Counted from the stretch's first letter, positions 13,162 through 22,370 are shown. The stretch is DNA of 32,015 nucleotides from Gammaproteobacteria bacterium (GCA_036502565.1 DASXYJ010000092.1:1-32015); one strand, 5' to 3'. Notes: generated by a model from the sequence alone, not told the origin. Translations and numbers: made by a program.

Positions 13162-16065
13162 ATGCGTGCCCTCCATCTGCGGAAGTTCCTGGTGCTCCTC
13201 TCCATGTCCCTGGCTGCGTGGACCGCCGCGGCGGACACCACGCCCGCCTCCGCTACCGCTGCGCCTCCGATCTCGACTACCACGACGCAGCAGAACACCA
13301 CGCCCCCGGCCTCGACTACCGCCGCTACGACCACGACGCAGCAGCACACCACGCAGCTTGGTCGCATCGAGGTCACGGGTTCGGCGGTGCCGCGCACCAG
13401 CATCGAGACCGAGGCGCCGGTGACGCTCATCACCGCCAGGCAGATCCAGCAGAGCGGCCTCACCACCATGGCGGACGTGGTGCGCGCCATCACCTCCGAC
13501 AACAGCGGCACCATCCCCACCGCCTTCACGGCCGGCTTCGCCGCCGGTTCCTCGGGTCTGGCCTTGCGCGGTCTCACCGTGAACTCCACGCTGATCCTCA
13601 TCGACGGCAAGCGCACCGCCGCCTACGCCCTGGCGGACGACGGACAGCGTTCCTTCACCGACCTCAATTCTCTCCCGCTCAACGCGGTGGAGCGCATCGA
13701 GGTGCTGAAGGACGGCGCCTCGTCCATCTACGGCGCCGACGCCATCGCCGGTGTGGTGAACATCATCCTCTACAAGACCTTCGACCATTCCGAGGCCCAG
13801 GCCGAGGTGGGCACCTCCCAGCACGGCGGCGGCACCACCACCCGCGCCACCTTCCTCAGCGGGACCGGCGACCTGTCCCAGGACAAGTACAACGCCTACG
13901 TCAACTTCGAGTACGAGAAGGACGACGCCATCTGGAGCCGTGACCGCGACTACCCCTTCAACACTGCCGACCTGACCCCCTCCGGCGGCAACGATAACAA
14001 CGCCGGCAATCCGGGCCTGTTCTTCGGCTCAAACTACGGCACCGTGGCGCCGGGACACATCAACAACGGCGACATACTCAACGGCACCGCCACCGGCGCG
14101 TTCCAGCCCCTGCGCGCCTGCGGCAGCGACTCCCGGCTGGTGAGCGTGCCCGGCGGCGGTCCCGCTGACCCCAACAGCGGCAGCTTCTGCGAGCAGAACT
14201 TCAGCCAGCTATACGGCCAGGTGCAGCCGGAAGTGACCCGGGCCGGCATCTCCGGCCGCACCACGCTGCAGCTCAACGACACCACCACCGCGCGCCTGGA
14301 CCTGACCTACTTCCAGGACCGTGTGGTGGCGAGCGGTGCGCCCGCGCAGATCCAGACGTCCTCGCCCAACAACACCGACGCCATCGCGCTGCCGTCGCAT
14401 CTCGCGAACGGCCAGCTCAATCCCAACGATCCCTTCGCCGCTTCCGGCCAGGACGCCATCATCAACTACTCTTTCGGCGACATCCCCGGCGGCTCGGTGA
14501 CCGTGAACCACAACATGCGCATGGTGGGGGATCTCAAGGGCAGCTTCGCCGACAGCGCCTGGGACTATGACGCTTCCGCCACTGTCAACCACACCTGGCT
14601 GAACGTGAACAACTACGGCTTCATCGACTTCCAGCAGCTGGTCGCCGACATCAACACCGGCGCCTACAGCTTCCGCAACCCCGCGCAGAACTCCCAGGCG
14701 GTGCGCGATGCGCTCTCGCCGGTGTTGTCCAAGACCTCCACCAGCGACATGGATGCCCTCGACTTCAACGTGAGCCACGCGCTCGCGCAACTGGACGGTG
14801 GCGACATGGAACTGGGGCTTGGCGGCCAGTGGCGCTACGAGGCGCAGGATGATCCGGACCTGAACCCCGGCCATGACTTCCAGGGCCTCGGCGTCGCCCA
14901 CACCATCGGCCAGCGCACCGTGGCGGCTGTGTACATGGAACTGGATGCGCCGGTACTGAAGCAGCTGGACCTGGACCTGTCGGCCCGCGAGGACCATTAC
15001 TCCGACTTCGGCAGCGCCTTCAGCCCCAAGTTCGGCTTCAAGTTCTCGCCCAGCGACGCCTTCGCCCTGCGCGGCACCTATTCCAAGGGCTTCCGCGCGC
15101 CGAGCTTCGCCGAGAACGGCTCCAGCGCCTCGGAAGGCTTCGTCACCGAGCAACTGCCGGCGGGATTCAGCGCGCTCCATGGCAACGACGCCTACACCCA
15201 GCCATACCCCCTGGGCCTGTTGACCACCGCCAATCCCGCCATCCAGCCGGAGCGCTCCCGCAACTACACCTTCGGCATGATCTTCCAGCCCTTCCAGGCC
15301 TTCAGCGGCACGCTGGACTACTACAACATCCAGAAGACCGGCGTAATCACTGCCCAGGATCCGTCGGTGGCGCTGGATGCCTATTTCGCCGGCCAGGCCC
15401 TCCCGCCCGGCTACGGCATCACGCTGGACATCCCGGATCCGGCGCACCCCGCCGCGCCGGCGCGGCCGGTGCTGGTGTCGGCGCCCTATGTGAACGCCGC
15501 GGAGCTCAAGACCAGCGGCATGGACCTGGGCCTGTTGTACAAGCAGGACTACTCCAGCTTCATCTGGACCAGCCAGTTCGAGGGCACCAAGATCATCACC
15601 TTCGAACAGGCCTCCGCCCCGGGACAGCCCTTCGTCTCCTACGTGGGCACCCAGGCTCCGTACATCCTGTCGTCGGGCGCCGGCACGCCGCAGTATCGCG
15701 GCAACTGGGCCAACAGCTTCGACATCGGCCCCTTCACCGTCACCGGTACGGTCTACTACGTCAGTGGCATCTTCATGAGCGTGGATGACCTGTTCGGCAC
15801 TGCCGACCAGTGCTTCTCCACCGACTCACCGACGGGCGCCAACGTACCGGCGGACTGCCGGGTGTCGTCGTTCACCTATATGGACCTGACCGGCGAGTGG
15901 CGCGCGACCGAAGCCGTGTCGGTGACCGGCGGCATCCTCAACCTCTTCGACCGCAAGGCGCCCATCGATCCCATCGACTACGCCGGCACCAACTACAATC
16001 CCACTTATGACCAGTCCGGCGTGGTGGGGCGGTTCTTCACGCTCGGCATCAAGGTCAGGTTCTAA
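13162..16065 (+). CDS. TonB-dependent outer-membrane receptor with a Thr/Gln-rich N-terminal linker
   Basis: ATG at 13162 (GGGAGA upstream), signal peptide MRALHLRKFLVLLSMSLAAWTAAA. Plug motifs are GRIEVTGS, LALRGLTVNSTLILIDGKR and ERIEVLKDGASSIYGADAIAGVVNIIL. The C-terminus ends in Phe (GIKVRF). Confidence 0.92.
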   Translation: MRALHLRKFLVLLSMSLAAWTAAADTTPASATAAPPISTTTTQQNTTPPASTTAATTTTQQHTTQLGRIEVTGSAVPRTSIETEAPVTLITARQIQQSGLTTMADVVRAITSDNSGTIPTAFTAGFAAGSSGLALRGLTVNSTLILIDGKRTAAYALADDGQRSFTDLNSLPLNAVERIEVLKDGASSIYGADAIAGVVNIILYKTFDHSEAQAEVGTSQHGGGTTTRATFLSGTGDLSQDKYNAYVNFEYEKDDAIWSRDRDYPFNTADLTPSGGNDNNAGNPGLFFGSNYGTVAPGHINNGDILNGTATGAFQPLRACGSDSRLVSVPGGGPADPNSGSFCEQNFSQLYGQVQPEVTRAGISGRTTLQLNDTTTARLDLTYFQDRVVASGAPAQIQTSSPNNTDAIALPSHLANGQLNPNDPFAASGQDAIINYSFGDIPGGSVTVNHNMRMVGDLKGSFADSAWDYDASATVNHTWLNVNNYGFIDFQQLVADINTGAYSFRNPAQNSQAVRDALSPVLSKTSTSDMDALDFNVSHALAQLDGGDMELGLGGQWRYEAQDDPDLNPGHDFQGLGVAHTIGQRTVAAVYMELDAPVLKQLDLDLSAREDHYSDFGSAFSPKFGFKFSPSDAFALRGTYSKGFRAPSFAENGSSASEGFVTEQLPAGFSALHGNDAYTQPYPLGLLTTANPAIQPERSRNYTFGMIFQPFQAFSGTLDYYNIQKTGVITAQDPSVALDAYFAGQALPPGYGITLDIPDPAHPAAPARPVLVSAPYVNAAELKTSGMDLGLLYKQDYSSFIWTSQFEGTKIITFEQASAPGQPFVSYVGTQAPYILSSGAGTPQYRGNWANSFDIGPFTVTGTVYYVSGIFMSVDDLFGTADQCFSTDSPTGANVPADCRVSSFTYMDLTGEWRATEAVSVTGGILNLFDRKAPIDPIDYAGTNYNPTYDQSGVVGRFFTLGIKVRF
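13272..13354 (+). repeat. Imperfect in-frame direct repeat encoding STTTTQQ(N/H)TT
   Basis: Unit 1 (13272-13303) is ctcgactacc-acgacgcagcag-a-acaccacgc. Unit 2 (13311-13354) is the same with a 12-nt insertion (gccgctacgacc) and one substitution. Confidence 0.8.
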
Positions 16066-16071
16066 TCCGTC

Positions 16072-16104
16072 GACCTATCCCCGGCCGCCGGCCGGGGATA
16101 GGTC
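16072..16104 (+). terminator. Very stable hairpin after the TonB receptor gene (terminator/attenuator or mRNA-stabilising element; no T-run)
   Basis: A 15-bp perfect stem, GACCTATCCCCGGCC / GGCCGGGGATAGGTC, around a 3-nt loop. It starts 7 nt after the stop codon and ends 17 nt before the amidase ATG. Confidence 0.45.
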
Positions 16105-16121
16105 CTCTCCGGGGATACACC

Positions 16122-17690
16122 ATGAAACTCCTCTCCCGCACGGCGCTCGCGGCGTCGTCCTGCTACCTCATCCTGCTCGGTTGTGCATCGCAGCCCGTCA
16201 CCGCACCCACCGGCCCCGGCTCCATCGCGGCGGCGGAGCAGTCGCTCAAGTCCGGCGGCACCACGCCCACGCAGCTCACCCAGGCTTCCCTGGACCGTAT
16301 CGCGAAGCTCGATGGCCAAGTGAGGGCGGTGATCGAGACCAACCCGGACGCGCTCTCGATCGCAGCCAAGCTGGAGCAGGGCAGCCACGCCGGGATCCTC
16401 TATGGCGTCCCGGTGCTGCTCAAGGACAACATCGACACGGGCGACCGCATGCTCACCACGGCGGGTTCCCTGGCCATGACCGGCGCGCCGGCGCCGCAAG
16501 ATTCCGCGGTGGCGGCGCGGCTGCGGGCCGCAGGCGCGGTGATCGTGGGCAAGACAAACTTGAGTGAATGGGCCAACTTCCGTTCGAGTCACTCCGTGAG
16601 CGGCTGGAGCGGGCGGGGCGGCCTTACCCACAACCCCTATTCACTGGACCGCAACGCCTGCGGTTCCAGCTCCGGTTCCGCCGCCGCGGTGGCGGCGGGC
16701 TACACGCTGGTGGCGGTGGGCAGCGAGACGGATGGTTCCATCGTCTGTCCTTCCGCCACCAACGGCCTCGTCGGCATCAAGCCCACGCTGGGTCTGGTGA
16801 GCCGCAGCGGCATCATCCCCATCAGCCACAGCCAGGACACCGCCGGGCCCATCGCCACCAGCGTCAGCGATGCAGCGTCGCTGCTCACGGCCCTGGCCGG
16901 CAGTGATCCCAAGGATCCCGCCACCACCGAGGCGGACCAGCACGCCACCGACTACACGCGCTTCCTGGACGCAGGCGCGCTCAAGGGCAAGCGCATCGGC
17001 GTGGTGCGCAAGCTCGCGGGTTTCGATCCCGGTGTGGACGCAGTGCTGGACCAGACCATCGCCGTTTTGAAGGCGCAGGGCGCGGTGATCGTGGACCCGG
17101 TGGAACTGCCGCACATGAACGACTATGGCGACGACGAGCAGACGGTGCTGCTCTACGAGTTCAAGCACGATCTCGACGCCTACCTCGCGGCGCATCCCGG
17201 TCTCGCGGTGCATGACCTCGCGGACTTGATCGCCTACGACAGGCAGCACGCCGATACCGAGATGCCCTGGTTCGGCCAGGATCTCTTCGAACAGGCGCAG
17301 GCCAAGGGCCCGCTCACGGATAAGGCGTACCTCGACGCCCTGGAGAAATCCAAACGCCAGGCAGGACCCGAGGGCATCGACGCTGCTCTCGCCAAGGACC
17401 ATCTGGACGCGCTGCTGGCGCCCACCGGCGGAGTGGCCTGGACCACGGATCTCATATCCGGCGACCACACCCAGGGCGGCAGCTCCTCGCCGGCGGCGGT
17501 GGCGGGCTATCCGGACGTGACCGTGCCCGCGGGCTTCGTGCACTGCCTGCCGGTGGGCATGAGCTTCTTCGGGCCTAAGTGGAGCGAATCCACCCTCATC
17601 GGCATCGCCTATGCCTATGAGCAAGCGAGCCATGCCCGGCGTCCGCCCCGGTTCTTGCCAAGCATCACGGATCCCGCCTGTCTGCCCTAG
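16122..17690 (+). CDS. Amidase-signature family amidase, exported lipoprotein
   Basis: Amidase-signature motifs LLKDNID (catalytic Lys region) and GSSSGSAAAVAAG, plus GSETDGSIVCPS. The N-terminus has the lipobox ILLGC. GGGGA lies 6 nt upstream of the ATG. Confidence 0.9.
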   Translation: MKLLSRTALAASSCYLILLGCASQPVTAPTGPGSIAAAEQSLKSGGTTPTQLTQASLDRIAKLDGQVRAVIETNPDALSIAAKLEQGSHAGILYGVPVLLKDNIDTGDRMLTTAGSLAMTGAPAPQDSAVAARLRAAGAVIVGKTNLSEWANFRSSHSVSGWSGRGGLTHNPYSLDRNACGSSSGSAAAVAAGYTLVAVGSETDGSIVCPSATNGLVGIKPTLGLVSRSGIIPISHSQDTAGPIATSVSDAASLLTALAGSDPKDPATTEADQHATDYTRFLDAGALKGKRIGVVRKLAGFDPGVDAVLDQTIAVLKAQGAVIVDPVELPHMNDYGDDEQTVLLYEFKHDLDAYLAAHPGLAVHDLADLIAYDRQHADTEMPWFGQDLFEQAQAKGPLTDKAYLDALEKSKRQAGPEGIDAALAKDHLDALLAPTGGVAWTTDLISGDHTQGGSSSPAAVAGYPDVTVPAGFVHCLPVGMSFFGPKWSESTLIGIAYAYEQASHARRPPRFLPSITDPACLP

Positions 17691-17755
17691 CTAGGCTATA
17701 AACCCAGCGATTTCATCGGGTTACCAGAATCCTCAGGAATTTCTGTCGTACACTC

Positions 17756-17793
17756 TTGCCTAAAGTGTTCTGCTGTTATATATATGCATAACA
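17756..17793 (+). promoter_or_regulatory. Putative sigma70 promoter with an overlapping inverted repeat (possible operator) upstream of the DUF885 gene
   Basis: TTGCCT (17756-17761), N17, TATATA (17779-17784). The inverted repeat TGTTAT (17774-17779), N8, ATAACA (17788-17793) straddles the -10 box. Confidence 0.4.
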
Positions 17794-17880
17794 CCTAGGC
17801 GAGGGGTCGCCTCAAGTGACCAGGACGGCCGCAGACGACCCCGCCAACCCAAACCAACGTCATCACAGAGGAACGATTCC

Positions 17881-19647
17881 ATGAAATCCCTATCTATCAC
17901 GCTGGGCGTGGCCTTGGCCCTGTCCGGCTCGGCCTTCGCCGCCACGGCTCCCGCCAGCGCGCCGAAAGCCCCTCCGGCCTGGGTGGCCGAGAGCAACCAG
18001 GACGCCCAGATCCTGCTCAAGACCTTCGCCGACTTCGCGCCGGAAGGCGCCGGCCAGATCGGTGTGGACGGCTTGGACGACCAGGCCACCAACCTGACCC
18101 CCGACTTCGTGGATCGGCTCAACGCCGCCTTGGACTCGGACATCGCCCAGTTCAAGGCGCTGATGGCCAAGACCACCGACCCGCACGTGAAGCAGGACCT
18201 GCAGATCCTCATCGACGCCGCAGCCAACAACCAGCGCGACAACGCGCTGCAGAAGAAGTACCTGCTCAACTTCGGCGACGTGCCGCAGCTCATCTTCGGC
18301 GGCGTGCGCGCCCTGGTGGACCCGCAGATCCCCCTGGAGCGCCAGCAGGCCGTGGTCAAGCGTATGGAAGCCTACGCCGGCATGCTGCCGGGCCGTCCCG
18401 CCATCACCGAGCAGGGCAAGGCCTTGTTCGAGGCGGACCTGAAGCGCGACCCCAAGCTGCTCGGACCCTACAAGGCTGAGATAGCGCAGGACCTGGAGGA
18501 CCAGCCGCATTACATCAGCGGCATCAAGGACCTCTTGTCCCAGAGCAAGGTCACCGGCTGGGAGCCGGCCTTCGCCAAGCTCGAAGCCCAGATGAACGAC
18601 TACATCGCCTGGGAGAAGGCCGAGGTGGTGCCGCACGCCCGCGCCGAGAGTCATCTCCCCGAGGAGTTCTACGCCAACAACCTGCATGACCTGGGCGTGG
18701 ACGAGGATCCGCGCGCGCTCATCCAGGAGGCTGAGTTCTCCTTCTCCGAGATCCAGCATCAGCTGGAGTTCATCGCCGCCCAGGTGGCCAAGGAACACGG
18801 CTACAAGAGCAGCGACTACCGTGACGTGATCCGCGAGTTGAAGAAGGACCAGCTCAACCCCAAGGACATCCTGCCGTTCTACAAGAAGCGCCTGGCGGCC
18901 ATCGAGGCCATCATCCGCAAGCAGCACATCGTGACGCTGCCGAGCCGCGCCATGGTGATCCGCATGGGTTCCGACGCTGAGACTGCCCAGCAACCCGCGC
19001 CGCACATGAACACCCCGCGGCTGATCGGTAACACCGGCGAGTACGGCGAGTTCATCCTGCCCAACAACGCCGGCCAGAAGGGCGGCATGGACGATGACAC
19101 CTTCGACGCGGCAGCCTGGACGCTCACCTCCCATGAGGGCCGTCCCGGCCACGAGCTGCAGTTCGCCAGCATGATCGAGAACGGCAGCTCCATCGCCCGC
19201 GGCGTGTTTGCCTTCAACAGCGCCAACGTGGAAGGCTGGGCCCTGTACTCGGAAGCCGAGATGCAGCCTTACGAACCCATCGACGGCCAGCTGATCGCGC
19301 TGCGCGACCGCCTGCTGCGCGCCGCCCGTGCCTTCCTGGATCCGATGGTGAACTTAGGCATGATCCAGCCCGACGACGCCAAGGCCTTCCTGGAGCGTGA
19401 GGTGGTGCTGTCGCCGGCCTTCGCGAAAGAAGAAGCCGATCGCTTCGCCTTCCGCATGCCCGGCCAGGCCACCAGCTACTACTACGGCTACCACAACTTC
19501 ATGACCATGCGTGGTGCTGCCGAAGTGGCGCTGGGTGCCAAGTTCAACCGCCAGAAGTTCAACGACTTCATCCTGAGCGAGGGCCTCTTGCCCCCGAACC
19601 TGATGCAGAAAGCCGTGGACGAAGAGTTCATCCCGAGCCAGAAGTAA
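17881..19647 (+). CDS. DUF885-family exported protein (putative metallopeptidase-like)
   Basis: Signal peptide MKSLSITLGVALALSGSAFA. The size (588 aa) and the HEGRPGHELQ motif match the HE-x-PGHH-Q signature I recall for DUF885. AGAGGA lies 8 nt upstream of the ATG. Confidence 0.75.
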   Translation: MKSLSITLGVALALSGSAFAATAPASAPKAPPAWVAESNQDAQILLKTFADFAPEGAGQIGVDGLDDQATNLTPDFVDRLNAALDSDIAQFKALMAKTTDPHVKQDLQILIDAAANNQRDNALQKKYLLNFGDVPQLIFGGVRALVDPQIPLERQQAVVKRMEAYAGMLPGRPAITEQGKALFEADLKRDPKLLGPYKAEIAQDLEDQPHYISGIKDLLSQSKVTGWEPAFAKLEAQMNDYIAWEKAEVVPHARAESHLPEEFYANNLHDLGVDEDPRALIQEAEFSFSEIQHQLEFIAAQVAKEHGYKSSDYRDVIRELKKDQLNPKDILPFYKKRLAAIEAIIRKQHIVTLPSRAMVIRMGSDAETAQQPAPHMNTPRLIGNTGEYGEFILPNNAGQKGGMDDDTFDAAAWTLTSHEGRPGHELQFASMIENGSSIARGVFAFNSANVEGWALYSEAEMQPYEPIDGQLIALRDRLLRAARAFLDPMVNLGMIQPDDAKAFLEREVVLSPAFAKEEADRFAFRMPGQATSYYYGYHNFMTMRGAAEVALGAKFNRQKFNDFILSEGLLPPNLMQKAVDEEFIPSQK

Positions 19648-19670
19648 CAGAGTCGATCCGAGTCGAAACC

Positions 19671-19703
19671 AGGCCCCGTCGTGTGAGCGGCGGGGCCTTT
19701 TTT
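19671..19703 (+). terminator. Rho-independent terminator of the DUF885 gene
   Basis: Stem AGGCCCCG (19671-19678) / CGGGGCCT (19691-19698), running into a T6 tract that ends at 19703. Confidence 0.8.
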
Positions 19704-19781
19704 CATGCCCAGGCAAGGGCTTGGAAGGCATCGAGGCGGGCGCGGTACCCTATGCGGGTCCGCAAGACCGAGGGGGATGCC

Positions 19782-20495
19782 ATGCACAGGATCGGGTTCG
19801 CTCACCTCATCGTCGCCGCTGCCAGCCTCGTGCCCACGGCGGCCTTGGCGGATACCACCGGCCCCGGCTGGAAGCCTGAACTGGGCCTGGAAGAAGGCCT
19901 CAGCTTCGGCGGCGGCAACGTGATCAGCTCGGACGTCACCGGCCAGCCCGCGCTCACGCCTGGCAACGTGAGCGTGTATGCCGGAGACACGCTGTACCTG
20001 CAGGGCTACTATCGCCAGGCCGCCGGCCGTACCGGCTTGAGCCTCAAGGCCGCCGCCGGCATGGCCTTCGCCTGCCAGATCCCCACCTGCCTCGATCTCC
20101 TCGGCAGCGCGCCATACCAGTTCACGACCTTCACCGGCGACCTGGCGGTGGAATACGCCTGGCAGGACGGGCGCATCGGCGTGGGCCGCACTTTCCGCTA
20201 CCTCAACGATGTGTCATCGCTCAGCAGCGTGTATTCGTTCGACGATGCCTACCTCAGGCCCGCCTATGGCTGGTTCATCGAGTACGAGCGGGGTCCGCTG
20301 GGCCTGCGTTACACCCACGTGATCTTCCATTCCCGCAGCGGCACCGCCATCAACGCCGGCAACCTCGGCGTATACGTGCATACCAACTACCGCGACGAGG
20401 ACTGGTATCCCGGCGGGCGGTTCTTCGACCAGGGAGTAGGGCTGGCACGCCAGGAACTCGCGCTGGTGTTGCATCCGCAGCAGTGGAGCTTCTAG
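19782..20495 (+). CDS. Putative small outer-membrane beta-barrel protein (no family recognised)
   Basis: ATG at 19782 (GAGGGGG upstream) rather than 19683, which overlaps the terminator. Signal peptide ...LVPTAALA. Alternating aromatic/hydrophilic strands are present (LAVEYAW, IGVGRTFRY, GWFIEYE, LGLRYTHVIF, LGVYVHTNY). The C-terminus is ...QQWSF. Confidence 0.6.
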   Translation: MHRIGFAHLIVAAASLVPTAALADTTGPGWKPELGLEEGLSFGGGNVISSDVTGQPALTPGNVSVYAGDTLYLQGYYRQAAGRTGLSLKAAAGMAFACQIPTCLDLLGSAPYQFTTFTGDLAVEYAWQDGRIGVGRTFRYLNDVSSLSSVYSFDDAYLRPAYGWFIEYERGPLGLRYTHVIFHSRSGTAINAGNLGVYVHTNYRDEDWYPGGRFFDQGVGLARQELALVLHPQQWSF

Positions 20496-20519
20496 TTCAG
20501 CACCAGCGAGTGACCCGCG

Positions 20520-20870
20520 ATGGATCTGCCTGATTTCCTGACAGCACCGCTGGGCTTGATGCTCGGGATGACCGTGCTGAGCCCCGTGCTGCGCTGGGGC
20601 TTCTCCATCTGGACGGTAGTGACGGAGCGGCGCCGCGACCCGGCGCATCGCAGCCGGTGGCGGATCGTGGCGGTGGCGCTGCTGCACTCCGGGCCGTGGT
20701 TCGCCATCGCCGCGGGCACGTTCGCCTGGTTCATGCTCTCGCGGCCGCATACGCCTGCCTGGGACTGGTTCTTCGGCGGCGCGCTGCTGGCGCCGGTGAT
20801 CTTCGGCTTGAGTGCGGCGCGGATGCTGAAACGCGGACGCGTGAACCGGCTCAAAACCGGCACGCACTAA
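20520..20870 (+). CDS. Small hypothetical inner-membrane protein (about 3 TM segments)
   Basis: Starts 24 nt after the OMP-like gene. Codon third positions are strongly G+C-rich. It has three hydrophobic stretches and a basic tail. The overlapping minus-strand ORFs (20214..20867, 20492..20863) are Arg/Pro-rich shadows. Confidence 0.55.
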   Translation: MDLPDFLTAPLGLMLGMTVLSPVLRWGFSIWTVVTERRRDPAHRSRWRIVAVALLHSGPWFAIAAGTFAWFMLSRPHTPAWDWFFGGALLAPVIFGLSAARMLKRGRVNRLKTGTH

Positions 20871-20876
20871 CCGGGT

Positions 20877-21626
20877 TCAGCTGCGCAGGTAAGACGCACC
20901 ATTTAAATCCAAGATGCAGCCCGTGGCGATCATCATGCCGTCGGCCGCCAATCGCACGATCGCCTGGGCCACTTCCTCCGGCGTCGCCACGCGGTTCAAG
21001 GGGCTTTGACTGCGGATGCCATCGCCCGCGGGGCCAGCCAGTATCTCCGCCGCCATGTCGGTGCTGACGAAGCCCGGCGCCACCACCCCCACGAAGATGT
21101 TGTCCGGTGCCAGCGCCTGGGCCAGCGATTGCGACATCTGGTTCAGCCCCGCCTTGCTCGCGCCGTAAGCGATGGCGTCGGGCTCACCGCGGAAGGCGCC
21201 GCGGGACGAGACGTTGATGATCTTGCCGCCGCCCTGGCTTTGCATCACCCGCGCGGCCAGGAAGCAGAGGTTCGCAGGTGCGATCAGGTTGGCGGCCAGG
21301 GTCTCGTCCCAGGTCTTACGCCAGCCGGGCAGGTCCAGTCCCTTGAGCGGCCGTATCTGATAGATGCCGGCGTTGTTCACCAGCACGTCGATGCGGCCGT
21401 AGTGGCCCGCCACCTCTTGGATCAGGCGCTCACACTGCTTGGTATCGGTGAGTTCGGCAGCGAAGCTCTTGTGGCCGCTTCCCGACAACCCCGCCACGGC
21501 CTCGTTCCCCGGCCTGCGCTGATGCCCCGCCACCTGCGCGCCGCAGGCGGCGAAAGCCTGCGCCGTGGCGCGGCCGATGCCGCGGCTGGCGCCGGTCACC
21601 AGCACCGTCTGGCCCTTGAAGTCCAT
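20877..21626 (-). CDS. SDR-family oxidoreductase (FabG-like)
   Basis: Motifs TGASRGIGRA, NNAG and YGASKAG (Y-x3-K). I use the ATG at 21626 (MDFKGQTVLVTG) rather than 21683. Confidence 0.9.
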   Translation of the reverse strand: MDFKGQTVLVTGASRGIGRATAQAFAACGAQVAGHQRRPGNEAVAGLSGSGHKSFAAELTDTKQCERLIQEVAGHYGRIDVLVNNAGIYQIRPLKGLDLPGWRKTWDETLAANLIAPANLCFLAARVMQSQGGGKIINVSSRGAFRGEPDAIAYGASKAGLNQMSQSLAQALAPDNIFVGVVAPGFVSTDMAAEILAGPAGDGIRSQSPLNRVATPEEVAQAIVRLAADGMMIATGCILDLNGASYLRS

Positions 21627-21691
21627 GGCAGCCTCGGGGAAAAGTGGCGGAGTCACCGGATGATAACAAAGCGGCTGATACAATCCCCGCC

Positions 21692-22363
21692 ATGAGCGAG
21701 CTCCTGCCGACCGTGGAAGTCGAGACCGGACCCAACCCCACGGCCAGCGTCATCTGGTTGCACGGCCTGGGGGCGGACGGCCATGACTTCGAGCCCATCG
21801 TCCCGGAGCTGAGACTGCCGGCGGACCTGCCGCTGCGCTTCGTGTTCCCGCATGCGCCGGTCCGTCCCGTGACCCTGAACGGCGGCGCGCCCATGCGCGC
21901 CTGGTTCGACATCGTGAAGATCGGGGTGAACCAGCCCCGCGACGTGCAGGGCATGCTGGTCTCGAAGGATGCAGTGGAGGAACTCATCGCGCGGGAGAAC
22001 TCGCGCGGCGTGCCCACGGCGCGCATCGTGTTGGCGGGTTTCTCCCAGGGCGGCGCGGTGGCCCTGTTCGCCGGCTTGCAGCACCGGGACAAGCTCGCCG
22101 GGATCATGGCGCTCTCCACCTGGCTGCCGGCGGACGAGGGGCTGGACATCAAGCTCAGTTCCGCCAACTTGGCCACGCCCATCTTCTACGGCCACGGCAC
22201 CCAGGACCCGGTGGTGCCGCTGCTGCTGGGCGCCCAGACCCGCAACTGGCTGACCCAGCAAGGCTGCGTCGTCAGCTGGCATACCTATCCCATGCCGCAC
22301 ACCGTCAGCATGGAAGAGATTAACCACATAAGGGCATGGTTAATTTCAGTTCTTCAGTTCTAA
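21692..22363 (+). CDS. Alpha/beta-hydrolase carboxylesterase/phospholipase (esterase II / YpfH-like)
   Basis: Motifs VIWLHGLGADGHDF, nucleophile elbow GFSQGG, HGTQDPVVP and YPMPH. I use the ATG at 21692 (MSELLPTVEV) rather than 21644. Confidence 0.88.
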   Translation: MSELLPTVEVETGPNPTASVIWLHGLGADGHDFEPIVPELRLPADLPLRFVFPHAPVRPVTLNGGAPMRAWFDIVKIGVNQPRDVQGMLVSKDAVEELIARENSRGVPTARIVLAGFSQGGAVALFAGLQHRDKLAGIMALSTWLPADEGLDIKLSSANLATPIFYGHGTQDPVVPLLLGAQTRNWLTQQGCVVSWHTYPMPHTVSMEEINHIRAWLISVLQF

Positions 22364-22370
22364 TTAATCC

